DNA of 64,000 nucleotides, from positions 18,032 to 82,031 of the IMG/VR virus record IMGVR_UViG_3300020455_000892; one strand, written 5' to 3'. A program made the translations under genes and the position numbers. This DNA is from a virus. The notes under the pieces were generated by a model, which made no database searches, was not told where the DNA came from, and saw only the letters and a program-made list of their open reading frames with translations. This document shows, piece after piece, positions 46,708 to 59,600 of this stretch (position 1 is the stretch's first letter; each line of letters begins with the position of its first letter).

Positions 46708-46715
46708 CATAAATA
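46708..46715 (+). promoter_or_regulatory. Late promoter variant CATAAATA
   Basis: Lies 5 nt upstream of the gp25-like ATG. Confidence 0.6.
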
Positions 46716-46720
46716 ATAGT

Positions 46721-47083
46721 ATGGTAACCTACATCGGATATAGCACAATAGACAGCATAAGTGGTAGTAAAACATTAACAGATGTTAATCTTGCCAAACG
46801 TGATTTATTAAATCATTTTTACACAAGACGTGGTGAAAGGGTAGGATTTCCTAGTTTTGGAAGTATACTACCTAATTTAGTATTTGAACCATTGGATAGT
46901 GCAACAGAAAGAGAAGCATTAGATGATGTAAACAAAATTGTTAACAATGACCCACGTTGGCGAGTATTAGAAACACTTCTAAGTAAACCCGATGATCATA
47001 CATTAGAAATTAAAGTTAGGTTAGAATACAACGACACAGGAACAGCAGAAGAACTGTTTCTGAGATTTATAGGTGAAGAATAA
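46721..47083 (+). CDS. gp25: Baseplate wedge subunit (gp25-like)
   Basis: DLLNHFYTRRGERV..PSFGS...LVFEP...DPR motif. Confidence 0.9.
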   Translation: MVTYIGYSTIDSISGSKTLTDVNLAKRDLLNHFYTRRGERVGFPSFGSILPNLVFEPLDSATEREALDDVNKIVNNDPRWRVLETLLSKPDDHTLEIKVRLEYNDTGTAEELFLRFIGEE

Positions 47084-50000
47084 TGGCACAAGGCGCAAGA
47101 CAAGCTAGTTTATTTGCCGCAGAAGACTTTACAGTAGCATACGAAAGTTTTGCTCAAGCTAATCTGCAAGCATATGATTTTGATACAATCAGAACTGCAA
47201 TGGTAAACTATATTAGCACAAACTATCCAGAAAATTTTAATGATTACATTAATTCAAGTGAATTTATAGCACTTATCGAATTAATGGCATTCTTAGGACA
47301 TAACCTAGCATTTAGAGCTGACCTCGGGCAAAGAGAAAACTATCTAAGTACAGCAGAACGCAGAGAAAGCGCCTTGCGTATTGCTGAATTTTTAGGATAT
47401 ACACCTACTAGAAATGTTGTTGCAAGTGGTTATTTAAAAATAGATACAGTTGAAACAAATGAACAAGTTTTTGATTCAAACGGAAACAGTTTAGCAAATG
47501 TTAACACACAGTTTGAAGATGCAACAAATCCAACAAGCTACCAAAACTTTTTAACTATTATGAATGCTATTTTTCAAAGTAGTAGTAAGTTTGGATCTCC
47601 GTTTGCTACATCAACAACGGGAACGGTTACAAATGAAATTTATAGAACAAATAGTACCAATAACACAGCTACAAGAGAATTTACAAATAAAATAAATGGT
47701 GCTAGTGCTACATTTAGTTTGTACAGTGCAGGAGTTGATACTGCAACAAACGCACTAATAGAAAAGATTCCTAATCCTTATGGTGCAGTTGACTTACTTT
47801 ATAGAAATGATAACAGTGGATTTGGTTCACCAAACACAGGATTCTTTATTGGATTTAAGCAAGGATCTTTATCATTCAAAGACTTTGAAATCAACAACGG
47901 ATTGCCTAATCTTTCAGTTGATATCAATGCAGACAATGTAGCCAACGGACAAATTTGGGTACAGACTGTTGACGAAGTCGGACAAGTACAAAAAACATGG
48001 ACAAGAGTTGATAGATTGTTTGGCGCAAGTGCAATGTTTAACGCAAGACAAAATAAAATACGTGATATCTATTCTGTAAGCAGTAGAGAAAACGACCAAG
48101 TAAGTATTGTATTCAGCGATGGCAACTTTGGTAATATTCCAAGGGGAATTATTAGAGTCTGGTATAGAACAGGACTTAACCAAACATATAGTTTAGTACC
48201 TGATTCGTTTAATCAAACTTCATTTAGTATTGATTACATTAGTTCTTCAGGTAACCTACACACTGCTAAGTTTAGAGCAAGTTTAAAATCTATTGTTAGT
48301 AACGCAAGCGAAAGAGAAACAGTATCTAGCATTAAAGCTAATGCTCCTAGATTCTTTGCTACACAAGATAGAATGATTACAGCAGAAGATTATGCAATTA
48401 CACCATTGACTGCTAGTGAGAATATTAGAAAAATTAAAAGTATAAACAGAGTACACAGCGGACACAGTAGATTCAGAGATATATACGATCCAACTGCAAC
48501 TTACAGTGATGCTACACAGTATAGTGATGACATTTATCTTTATGAACAAGGTATTACAAACAGAAGTGTAATTAGTTTACCGTCAAGTTTAACTGGTACA
48601 CAAATATATGACAAGTATATTAAACCTATGCTTGCTGATCCAGAAATATTTAATTTTTACTACAGCAGACAAGGATGGTCATCTACAACACATGATGCAA
48701 AGTATGATTTCAACAACACTATAGATGGAATTACATTCTTTAATTCCAGTGGCACTGAAACAAATGTTTTTAGATGGAATCAAATTACAAGAGGCAGTGA
48801 TGGTTGTAGCGGATATTTTACTTACAATAGTATTGTACAAAGAGTTGGAGATACAGCAACAAATAGTTTAAAGAAAGCTGATATAAATGGACTAGTTGAA
48901 TTTATTGATTCTCCTTATAAAATGGGATATATCAGTGATGCTACAATATTAAGTGCAGGTAGTGGATACACAACTACACCTACAGTTACAATTACTGGAA
49001 AAGGTAGTGGTGCTACAGCGACTTGTACTATTGCTAATGGAGCAGTCACTAGTATTGCAATTACTGACAGTGGCAGTGGATACGATCAAAGCACAAGTAT
49101 TTCAATTACTGGCGGTGGCGGAACAGGTGCTCTTGTAAAAGGCACTATTGTAGACGCAAAGACACAATGGGTAAAAGTAGACAGACTTTATAAAAATGGA
49201 CTAGGTGATGATAATAGTGCAGGCAATCCAACAGGTATTGATAATACTGGTAAAGGTTCAATAGTGCTTAATGCAGTTGTTAGCAGTGGAGCAAGAGTAA
49301 GACGAATAGTTCCAAGATTAAGCATAGATTTAGATGAAACAACTAGAACAAATGTAATTGCAAAAATAAACAATAAAAATACTTTTGGATTACGATACAA
49401 TGCAAGCTCGCAGAAATGGATTATTATTGATAGTGCAAATCTTCCAGCCAATAGCACAACACTTAATTCAGTTGCCAACTGGAGTTTAGAACATGCAGGC
49501 GATGGAAGCAGTACTGGTATTGACAATAGTTGGGTTGTAAGATTAAATCATGGCACAACAGAATGGGAAATGCTAACAAGAAGAACGCAATACATTATAG
49601 GAAGTGCGAATAAGTTGAAGTTTACTAATCTAAACTTTAATAACACATTTAGTAGTGAAACAAACAAACCTCTCAGAGATAATATTAAGGTATTGAAGAT
49701 CAATTCTAAGAGTGAATCTGACCCAAATCCATTGGGAAAAGATTACAAGTTTAATGCATACGGATACTTTACATATGCAGATGGTTACACAGATCCAAAT
49801 AATATTAGAGTTACACTTGCTGATCCTGACAATGATGGTTATCCAAATGATCCTGAAGCATTCAGCAATATTGTAGGTAGTTCAACTATAAAGTTAGGAA
49901 CTAAAACTGTAGATGGATTTAATTATACAACAATAGACCCAGATAGCGGAACAACAGTTGTAAGTGGAGTTGGAAATTTACACACACAATACAACAGAAT

Positions 50001-50652
50001 AGCTGACTTGAATTCATTGATTGATCCTAGTACAACTAATATTATTGATACATATGTTCTATTAAACAGTTTCAACAATGAGTATAGGAATTGGGCACAG
50101 TATGATGGTAGGGCAGAAACACAACCAAATCCTCCAACTATAAGTGAACTTACAGATACTTTTCAAAGTTTAAACACTAAAAAATCTATAAGCGACCAAG
50201 TGATTTATAGACCAGTAAAATATAAACTATTGTTTGGAGATCTAGCTAGTGGTGAACTGCAAGCAACATTCAATGTTACAAAAACAAGCAACAGTACAAT
50301 AAGTGACACAGAAGTCAAGCAGAGAGTAATTGGTCTTATCAATCAATATTTTAACATTGATAATTGGGACTTTGGAGAAGATTTTTACTTTACTGAAATG
50401 GCGGCTTTCATACATAATAACATGATTGGTGAGATAAGTCAAGTAACAATTTCAAGTGTAAGTAACCCAGCAGATGGTACAAGTTTATTTGAAATTTCAA
50501 GTAACAGTGATGAATTGTTTTTACCGTTAGTAAAACAAAACAATATTACTGTACAAAGTTCATCTAATGCTAATTTAACAACTATAGGTGAAAATACAAG
50601 TGGCAACATTTCTGCAAGTAATGTTTCTAGCACATCAGGCGGAGGCTACTAA
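47083..50652 (+). CDS. gp6: Baseplate wedge subunit (gp6-like)
   Basis: DFDTIR..M..Y...YPENFNDYINSSEFIALIE, FSDGNFG and IKANAPRFFATQDRMITAEDY motifs; follows gp25. Confidence 0.85.
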   Translation: MAQGARQASLFAAEDFTVAYESFAQANLQAYDFDTIRTAMVNYISTNYPENFNDYINSSEFIALIELMAFLGHNLAFRADLGQRENYLSTAERRESALRIAEFLGYTPTRNVVASGYLKIDTVETNEQVFDSNGNSLANVNTQFEDATNPTSYQNFLTIMNAIFQSSSKFGSPFATSTTGTVTNEIYRTNSTNNTATREFTNKINGASATFSLYSAGVDTATNALIEKIPNPYGAVDLLYRNDNSGFGSPNTGFFIGFKQGSLSFKDFEINNGLPNLSVDINADNVANGQIWVQTVDEVGQVQKTWTRVDRLFGASAMFNARQNKIRDIYSVSSRENDQVSIVFSDGNFGNIPRGIIRVWYRTGLNQTYSLVPDSFNQTSFSIDYISSSGNLHTAKFRASLKSIVSNASERETVSSIKANAPRFFATQDRMITAEDYAITPLTASENIRKIKSINRVHSGHSRFRDIYDPTATYSDATQYSDDIYLYEQGITNRSVISLPSSLTGTQIYDKYIKPMLADPEIFNFYYSRQGWSSTTHDAKYDFNNTIDGITFFNSSGTETNVFRWNQITRGSDGCSGYFTYNSIVQRVGDTATNSLKKADINGLVEFIDSPYKMGYISDATILSAGSGYTTTPTVTITGKGSGATATCTIANGAVTSIAITDSGSGYDQSTSISITGGGGTGALVKGTIVDAKTQWVKVDRLYKNGLGDDNSAGNPTGIDNTGKGSIVLNAVVSSGARVRRIVPRLSIDLDETTRTNVIAKINNKNTFGLRYNASSQKWIIIDSANLPANSTTLNSVANWSLEHAGDGSSTGIDNSWVVRLNHGTTEWEMLTRRTQYIIGSANKLKFTNLNFNNTFSSETNKPLRDNIKVLKINSKSESDPNPLGKDYKFNAYGYFTYADGYTDPNNIRVTLADPDNDGYPNDPEAFSNIVGSSTIKLGTKTVDGFNYTTIDPDSGTTVVSGVGNLHTQYNRIADLNSLIDPSTTNIIDTYVLLNSFNNEYRNWAQYDGRAETQPNPPTISELTDTFQSLNTKKSISDQVIYRPVKYKLLFGDLASGELQATFNVTKTSNSTISDTEVKQRVIGLINQYFNIDNWDFGEDFYFTEMAAFIHNNMIGEISQVTISSVSNPADGTSLFEISSNSDELFLPLVKQNNITVQSSSNANLTTIGENTSGNISASNVSSTSGGGY

Positions 50653-53600
50653 TGAGCGAACGTAAACCGAATCCTAGTTTAGCACCTAATATACAGAGGC
50701 CAGGCGAAAGTTTAGAAAAAACAGGTACCAAACGTGTAACTGAACTGCTACCCGATATTCTCAAAACAACTGTAAACAAACAATTTTTTGATTCAACATT
50801 TGAACAATTACTAGCTAGTGGTAGTTTAGAATCCATTAAACATTTTGTTGGTGAAACTACAGGTGATGATGTTAGAGATGCGGTTCCAGCTATAACTGAC
50901 AACTATTTGCTTGATAATAGATCTAATGATCCGTACCAGTTTCAACCTGGAATGGTTAACAAGAATGAAGACAATAGTATAAGCCATGCACTAGCATATG
51001 ATGACTTATTAAGAAGTTTTGATTATAATGAAGTTGATACAAACAATCATCATAAATTTTTAGCTGAAGTAGGATACACACTAGACTTACCCATTAACTA
51101 TGATATGTTTATAAACTATCACAGATACTATTGGGTTTTAGATGTTATGCCACCGTGTGAATTACAATACACAACTGGATTTGATATGGATACAATCAAT
51201 GGCGAAACATCCTATACAACTCCTGTGATGAAAAATGGTAAAACACTTACGTTAGAAAACGGAATGAGAATAAAACTTGCTCCGCATACTGTAGACAGAT
51301 TTACACAAACCAATAGTGCAAATACTACTTTTACAGCAACAGTACAGAACGGGGTTCAAGACTCGTTACGAGTTTATAAAAATAACTCAAAACAAGATAT
51401 TACAACAGATTATACATACAACGCAACAACTGGTGTTGTTACCTTTACAACTGCACCAGCAGTGAACGAGGAAATAGAAATACACACATACTATTCCTAT
51501 AGTACTTCAGGGACTTATGAGAATGATGCAATTCTTATAGTTGACGGAGTTGGAGATCCAAATGGTATAGTACTAACAACGCAATTTAGTCCAGGACAAT
51601 ACGAAGGCAAACAAGGCAAAAGAGTGTGGTGTAATATTACAACCTATAGTGCTCAAGAGCCAAGTGGATTTGACGAAGATCAATATAGTTTTGATTTTAG
51701 AAAATTTGATCTCAGAGAACATAGAATGACTACAAGGGACTACACTTGTGAACAAAGACAATCACCAGATCAAAGTGCATGGAGTAGAAGTAATTTATGG
51801 GTGCATGAAGAAACAATTAAAAATGCTTTGATATATCAAGGTGTAACAGATGATGTCTATACGTTGGATCGTTACAGAGCAGTTAGACCGATCATTGAAT
51901 ACAAAGCAAATCTAGAGAAATTTAATTTTGGTAAAAAACATGTTGTAAATGTAGATCATGCATTAGAAAGTGCAATAGATCCAGCAACTGTAATAGTTGG
52001 ACAAACAAGTTTTAATGTATTTCCAATTGGATTTAATACTGAGTGGACAGCAAGAGGATATGACTTTGGAGAAAAAGTTAAAGTAACAAGCGGATCGAGT
52101 CCTAACTTTGTAATTACATATTGGGAATGTGTGAAAGCACATGGTGAAGAACGCAAACCAACACATGGTGAACATTTAGAATTCTGGGAGCAAGTTACTC
52201 CTGTAGAATTAGAAAACAATGACTTAATTATATTCTTTAATACTACAAATAGTGCATACACCAATAAAATTTTTACAGTTACCGGAGTAGGCGTTAGTAT
52301 AGCACTAACCGAAACATATAACTTTGATGGTAGCAATAGTGCAACACAATTAACCGCTGGCGAAAAAATACTAATTCTCAATGGTCATAATGTTACTGAT
52401 AAAGTTTTGGCTGGTGAGAGTATATCAAACAGAGAAGCTCCACTAAGTGGTAGTGAGATATATTTCGACGGCACTACATGGATACAAAGTCAACAAAAAG
52501 AACACAGAAGTCAGGGTATGAAAGTACAGCTATATGATGTAGACTTAATTAAGTTGGATAGTGCAACACAATACCCAGACAGTGATTTTAACGGTTCTAC
52601 TATTTTTGATTTTGTACACAGTACTACGAGTAGTTATGATGATGCACTAGGGTTTAACGCTGAGTATGTTGATTATGGAAATACACCAGGTCTAAATTTT
52701 GATGCACAGCTATTGAGTAAAAAGTCTACCTATGTACAAAAAAGTAGCGATGGTAGTAAAAATCAAATCAAAAACATAATAGGTCAATACTATTATAAAG
52801 ATTTTGTTAATGACAGATATTACAACGGCTGGACAGCAGATAGATTTGGACAGGTTGTTAAAAAACGTATTAGAAAAGTAATTACTGATCCTTCAAAACC
52901 TTTACTAGTAGATGTTGGACATTCAAAAACAATTTCTGATAGATACTACAACATATTCCAAGAAAGTAGTACACTAGCAGTAAGCACACAGCCAACAGCA
53001 AATGTATCTGATGGCAGAGTTACTAGGGTTGGCGGCAAATTACCTACATTGTTTTTCTTTAACGATAACACCTATACAATATCAACACACTTTCCTCAAG
53101 CAGAAATAGAGTTTGTAAACATGGATGGTTCTCCAGTTGGTGGTGGCATTTTGAGAACAGCGGGTAGTGGCAACACTTTTACTATAGTAATTACAACACC
53201 AACTGTTAACAGTATAAAGTATAGATTAGTTTCGGATCCAGCTAAGTTTGGCGTAATATTTTTTACCGAAAATGCAAATGAAACAAATGTTGAAGTAAGG
53301 AAAAATGGTAAAGCATTTACAAACTTTACACATACAAATAACATTGTAACCATTAGCAGTGGACTAGTATTAGATGACATTTATGAATTTGTATTCAAAT
53401 CAGATGCAAATTATAGTGCTACAGGCGAAGGAAACTTTGAAGTTGCAAGTACACAACTTAGTAACCCACTCAATCAAAATTTTGAGAAAGTAAGCTATGG
53501 AGATCTTATTAGACATTTGACTTCACAAATGAAATCAAATCCATTGTTTACAGGAAACTTGCACGGCACAAACAACTATAGAAACATTGTGCAAACACAT

Positions 53601-56600
53601 GATACAGGTGGACTGATAAAACAACAACCATTTAGTACAGAACTAGCAAACCAATTATTGGTTGATAATAATACTAATCCATACAGTGCTTTGCAATTTA
53701 CAAATGCAAATTACAACGAATTTATAAACAAATTTAAAAATAAAATTACACAGCTTCATAATAGTACAGAAATAAACGTACCAGTGTACCAACTAGTTGA
53801 CAAAACACTTGAAGCACTAAACATTGGAAAGAACAGTAGCAATGCTTTTGCAACCAGTCAAATGGCAATGTATAGAGATTATAAAAGTTTTGATGGTAGT
53901 TGGGTACTCAATCAAACACCTACATTTGATTTACCAGAAGAAGTAAACATTTATGATGATACATTTAATCATGTACAAGTATGGATACAAATTCCAGATT
54001 CAAATGGTGAACATATTTGGAGAGGACTGGTTAAAGATGTAGATTACACAATGGACGATTATAGTGTAACAGTTACATTAAGTGGTATAACTTTTCCAGG
54101 CTCTGGTAAAAACAATATTCACATAAGATGGTACAAAAGAGGAAGTGTAAGTTTTGTACCTTACAGTGCAGTCAAACTAGGAATGATAAAACCATTTGTT
54201 CCTGAATTAAGAACGGACTACAGTAAAGATAGCACAGGCACAGCAACAGATAGTGTTATTATTGGACACGATGGTAATGTACATGTACGAAACGGAACAG
54301 AATTATACGCTAGAACAGTAGTAGGATTTGATCCTGTAGATGCAGGATTATGGGATCTGGAACTGAGAATATACAATAACCTTAACAGTAATCTTGACAA
54401 TGTTGTAAATCAAAGCACCTGGACGCCAAATGCTCATAGACCAGCAGTGTATACCTGGAGTGAAGTAAACAATACAATTAGAAGTGAATTTAACAAATAC
54501 AAATCTGCTAACAATATTGTGGCTCTCAATAGTACAACATACTTTGATGGTAGCGATAAGTTTACTTGGAACTACAGTACTGTGTCTCCTAACATTGGTG
54601 GCTGGAGAGGCATATATCATTACTTCTTTAGAACTGATAGACCACATACTCATCCTTGGGAAATGTTAGGATTTAATAAGAAACCTACTTGGTGGGACGC
54701 AAACTACAGTTGGACTGATGCACCAAAACGTACTGCACTTTTACTAGCACTTGAATTTGGTAAAACAAGTAATCCAAGTAGTAGTGATACATATGATGTT
54801 GATTACAGTTATAAAAATTACGATTGGCAAAATAACACATTGGTTACACTGTTAGGGGCATTAAATGATCCTATTACAGCAGGTGTATGTTCTACGCCAA
54901 CACTAACAGATAGACAAAAAGATTTTGAGTTTGGAGACTGGGGTCCTGTAGAAGCTGAATGGCGCAGAACAAGTCAAGGAAAGATTGCAAACATAATTTC
55001 ATTTATGAGAACAAGACCATTAATTGCACTTAACAATTATTTTAGAACACAAAGAAGAGTAGTTAAAAATCTTGCAGGCTATGATATACCTTACATTATG
55101 GATATTGCTTACAAAGGATTAAACAGTTGGGCAGACATGGCATTAACTGGATCCAGCAACATAGGTAAAATTATTGAAAGTGTTAATATTATAAATCCAG
55201 GAAGTGGATATACTAGTTCGCCTAATGTGATTGTTACAGATAATTTTGGTAGCGGTGGATCTGTTGTAGTTAAAGTAGAAAATGGATCTGTTGTTGGAGC
55301 CAAAGTAAATTTCCAAGGTGTACAATATTATAATAGACCTCAGCTAGATGTAAGCACAGGTAATGCAGTATTAGATCCTATACTAGCTGACGATACTAAA
55401 ACATATTTTGATGGACTAGCAAATGCAATTATTGAATTTGGTAACACATACGGCACAGATGCAGATGCTTTAGCAAAAAGATTTTATAACATAAGTTTTA
55501 GACCTATAATTAAAGCAGGAGGCTTTGTTAGTAGAAATCAACAGTTTATTTTAGAAAGCAGTCAAGATAAAGGTAGAGTCTTTGTACCAGAAGAAAATAT
55601 TGATACAATTTTATATACAAACAAACCTTCACAAGAATATTTCTTTGGTGGTATCAAAGTAAACAAAACTGCAAACGGTTATACAATAGATGGTTATGAC
55701 AATAGCCTAGCATACTTTAACTATTATAAGCCAAGAACATCTACTCCAGGTATTACTGTAACTTTTGAAGGAGTTACAACTGTACAGGTGTTGAGATATA
55801 ACGAGTATGAGAATATTCTATCACAGTTGGATTACAATACTGAACTTACATCAATCCAAGAAGTGTACAACTTTATTAATGGATATGGTCATTACTTGAA
55901 TACCTTAGGATTTAATCAGCAATGGAGATCTTCTGCAAGCAACTTTGTAACTTGGGCAGTAGGCTCAAGCACCGTACAGTTACCGCTTATTCCAGACTCA
56001 TCCAAAGTTACAGTCAATGACGGACAAGATGGTTACTTTGATAATATAGACAAAAAATATGACGGAGTCTACAATATTATAGATGCTAACGGAAATCAGA
56101 TTAGAGCATATGATGTTTTAATTGACAGAAAAAGTATGGAGCCAGATAGCGAAACAGTATTCCAAGTAAAGGATGAAGAAGCAACACAAATTTATGGTAT
56201 AAGGCTTTACAAGGTACAACTTGAACACATATTCATTTTTGATAATATTACAAATTTCGACGATGCTATACACGATCCTACTATTTTCCTTGCACACAAA
56301 AGAATTATATGGAGAGGAAGTAGAACAAAAAATTGGAATGGTAAATTATATTCACCAGGCTATATTGTAAATGAAAATTCAATACTTCCAAACTTCGATA
56401 CTACAGCTAGAGAAGTAGATCAATACTATGGTAGAACAAAAACCTTAGGCAACAAACAGATAAGTGATATAGCAAGATTCAACGCAGGATATAATAGACC
56501 AGAATGGAGTCATAAACTTGATTTAGATGATGATGCAGTTTATGAATTTGTAAAAGGTAGTTACAAGTATAGAGGAACAGATCATGCTCTGAGTGCATTT

Positions 56601-59600
56601 ATGAGAAACAATAGTCTGTTTGACGGAAACGCTACAGCAGAACTATTAGAAAACTGGGCAATAAGAACTGCTGATTTTGGTGATACAAGAAAAAGAGAAA
56701 CACTAGAATTTCAAATTACACCTGATTTATTAACAACAAGTCCTCAACCTGTTAGATTTACAGATGGATTGAAACATGATGTGCTGAGTGATATAGTGAT
56801 TGACATAGACAGTATTAGTCCATTAAAAGTTTACGACAGTGGAACAACTTTTAATACAAGACCCGTAAACAATTACAAAAGTACTAGTGATGAATTATTC
56901 GATAGCGATCTCAACAAAGCAGGATTACCATTATTACTAGAAAGTGATTATAGAGTAATCAACAAAGAAGACTTCACACAGTTTCCAACTGAAGTAAAAC
57001 CTGCATATGACCACAGTGGTGATTGGCAAGATATTGGACAATGGGATAGTACTGTAAGTTATAAGTTTAACGAAAAGGTACTTTACACCGGTAGAAGTTG
57101 GGCAATGCTCGACGAAGATGGAAGCAGTGGATTCAGTACAGCAAACGATCCTATTGATGTGTTAGGATCTAATCAACTTCCTGTAATACCTAGTGCAGGA
57201 CAAACTTTAATTATTGACGGTAATACTATTACCCTATCAAAAACAGCAACAAGTCAAACTAGAAATACAATTACTGTAACAGGTAGTAATAATATATCTA
57301 GTAGCAATGTTGTTACACATGGCTCTACAGTAATATTTGGTGAAAGTTCAACAAACAATACAACAATTACTTTTAGCAATAGTGTTATCACTACAACTTT
57401 TAATGACATAACAAAAACAGGTTCAGTAATTAATCCTTCGTTTACAGGTAGTAATTCATCTACACTTATTATCGACGGAACTACAATTACATTCAATGAT
57501 ACAACATCCAGCAGTTCAAATATTACTGCACAAACAGCCTACGAAAATGCCTTTAATGCCAGTTGGACACAAAATCAGTCTAGTATTGCTTCAACGGCTA
57601 CAACAAGGATATCAAGAATAGAAGGTCTAAGAGCGGCATACATTGCATCTAATAGTGCGGCGGCATGGACAACTTGGATTACAACTTACTATGCAAATAA
57701 CGCAGGTCTTAATATAAGTCAGTTAATAACTGAAATTGGGTTAGCTGGTTCTACGCAAACAGCGGCACAGTTTTTACTGGATCAAGACTTAATTATTATC
57801 AACAATATTCAAGGAACAAATTATATAGGAACAAATGTAGCAAATGGTACAGAAACAGTTGCACCAGCTGATATTACAAATTCACAAGCGGCATTAAACA
57901 ATGGTAGCTTTACTGCTAATATAGCCAACTATCTTAAAAGTGCATCAAATGCCTCGACTACGTTTACAATAAACACAATAGTAACCACACAAAGCAGTAG
58001 TAATTTTAAAGTTTATCAGTTGTCGGATATTATACAAGAAATTAATGATGCAAGTATTAGTAATGTAACAGCAAGTGCAGATACAAGTAGTAAACTAAAA
58101 ATAACTAAAACCACAAATGATAATACAACATCTTTTTCATTAAGTATTAGTGTAGGTTCTCTTAATAATACAGTTGGATTTAACAGTGCTACAGAAACAA
58201 TTAACAGTACAAGTTCTAGCACACAATCTACACCAAATCTTACAATACAGCAAGTGCTAGATCAAATTAATGGTGCAGGAGTCAGCGGAGTAAGTGCTCA
58301 GTTAGGTACAAATAACAATACAGTATTACAAATTAATGCAACACTGCCTAACTTGTTTATTGGTAGTGGTACAGCAAATAGCGTAATTGGATTACCTACT
58401 GGACTTGTACCAGCAACAGTAACAACTGCAACATCATCTATAGGATTGAATATTACTGATATTGTAGAAAGAATTAATAGTGCGGCTATAAGCGGAGTAA
58501 CAGCAGTCAACCAATCCAACAAAGTCAAACTTACAAGCACAAACAGTACACTTGTAATTGGTTCTGGAACAGCTAACAGTACAATAGGTTTAATAGCTCA
58601 GACTTATAGTGCAACACAATCACAAGTTAGTGCAGTATTCAATGCTTTGGTTGATGCAAACGGCGTTCCGGTATTCAAAGAACAAAGCAACGATCCAAAC
58701 ATTTTCAATATATGGGTAGCAGATGACAGTGAGTTTGGCAATTACAACTTGGGATATCAAGTTTATCAAACTATGGACTTTGGTATGTACACTTATGATA
58801 TTTGTGCAGGTGTAGTAAGTGCTGACGAAGCACAGATAAAAGTAAGAAGACAAACAGGTGATACACAAGCACATAACTTATCAATTGGAGACTACATACT
58901 GGTTAGAGGCAGTGATAGTGTTCCTAACATTGATGGTATACATAGAGTAACAAGAATTGATAATGATCCAGCAATATTCTACATAGATGAGTTTATTGAA
59001 ACAAACGGGCATGTGGGTAACATTTATCCTTTAAGAAAAATGAGATTTAAAAGTTACGCAGATTTAGAAGCAAATAGACAAGACAAAGTTAATGATATTT
59101 TCAAATATAATTTTGCAGATATAAGACAAAACAATACAAGCAATCCAATTTATGCTTTTGTAGATGATGATGGCACAGGTACTAGTGCAGTTTATAGTTG
59201 GCTAGGTACTTGGAGTGAAAATAATGGTCATGTTGGTTCGTGGAATAAAGTTAGATCAGGTATTAAACAAGCAAGAAATGATCTCATTGAAAACATCAAA
59301 CTTTATAATGCAGATACACAAACTACTATAACAAACCTTGAAATATTTGATCCAGCAAAAGGAATACTATTTGGATTTGTAGATAATGAAATAGATTTTA
59401 AAATTACAAATGATATTGCAAATTACAATTATAATAACATAGACGGTGAAGTTATTAACGTAGAAGCATGGGGAAGACAACATATCGGAAAACGCTGGTG
59501 GAATACAAGCACATCTGTTTACCTAGATTATGAACAAGGTTCAATAGACTATCAACAAAATAATTGGGGTAGACTAGCTGATGGTGCAAGTGTTGACATT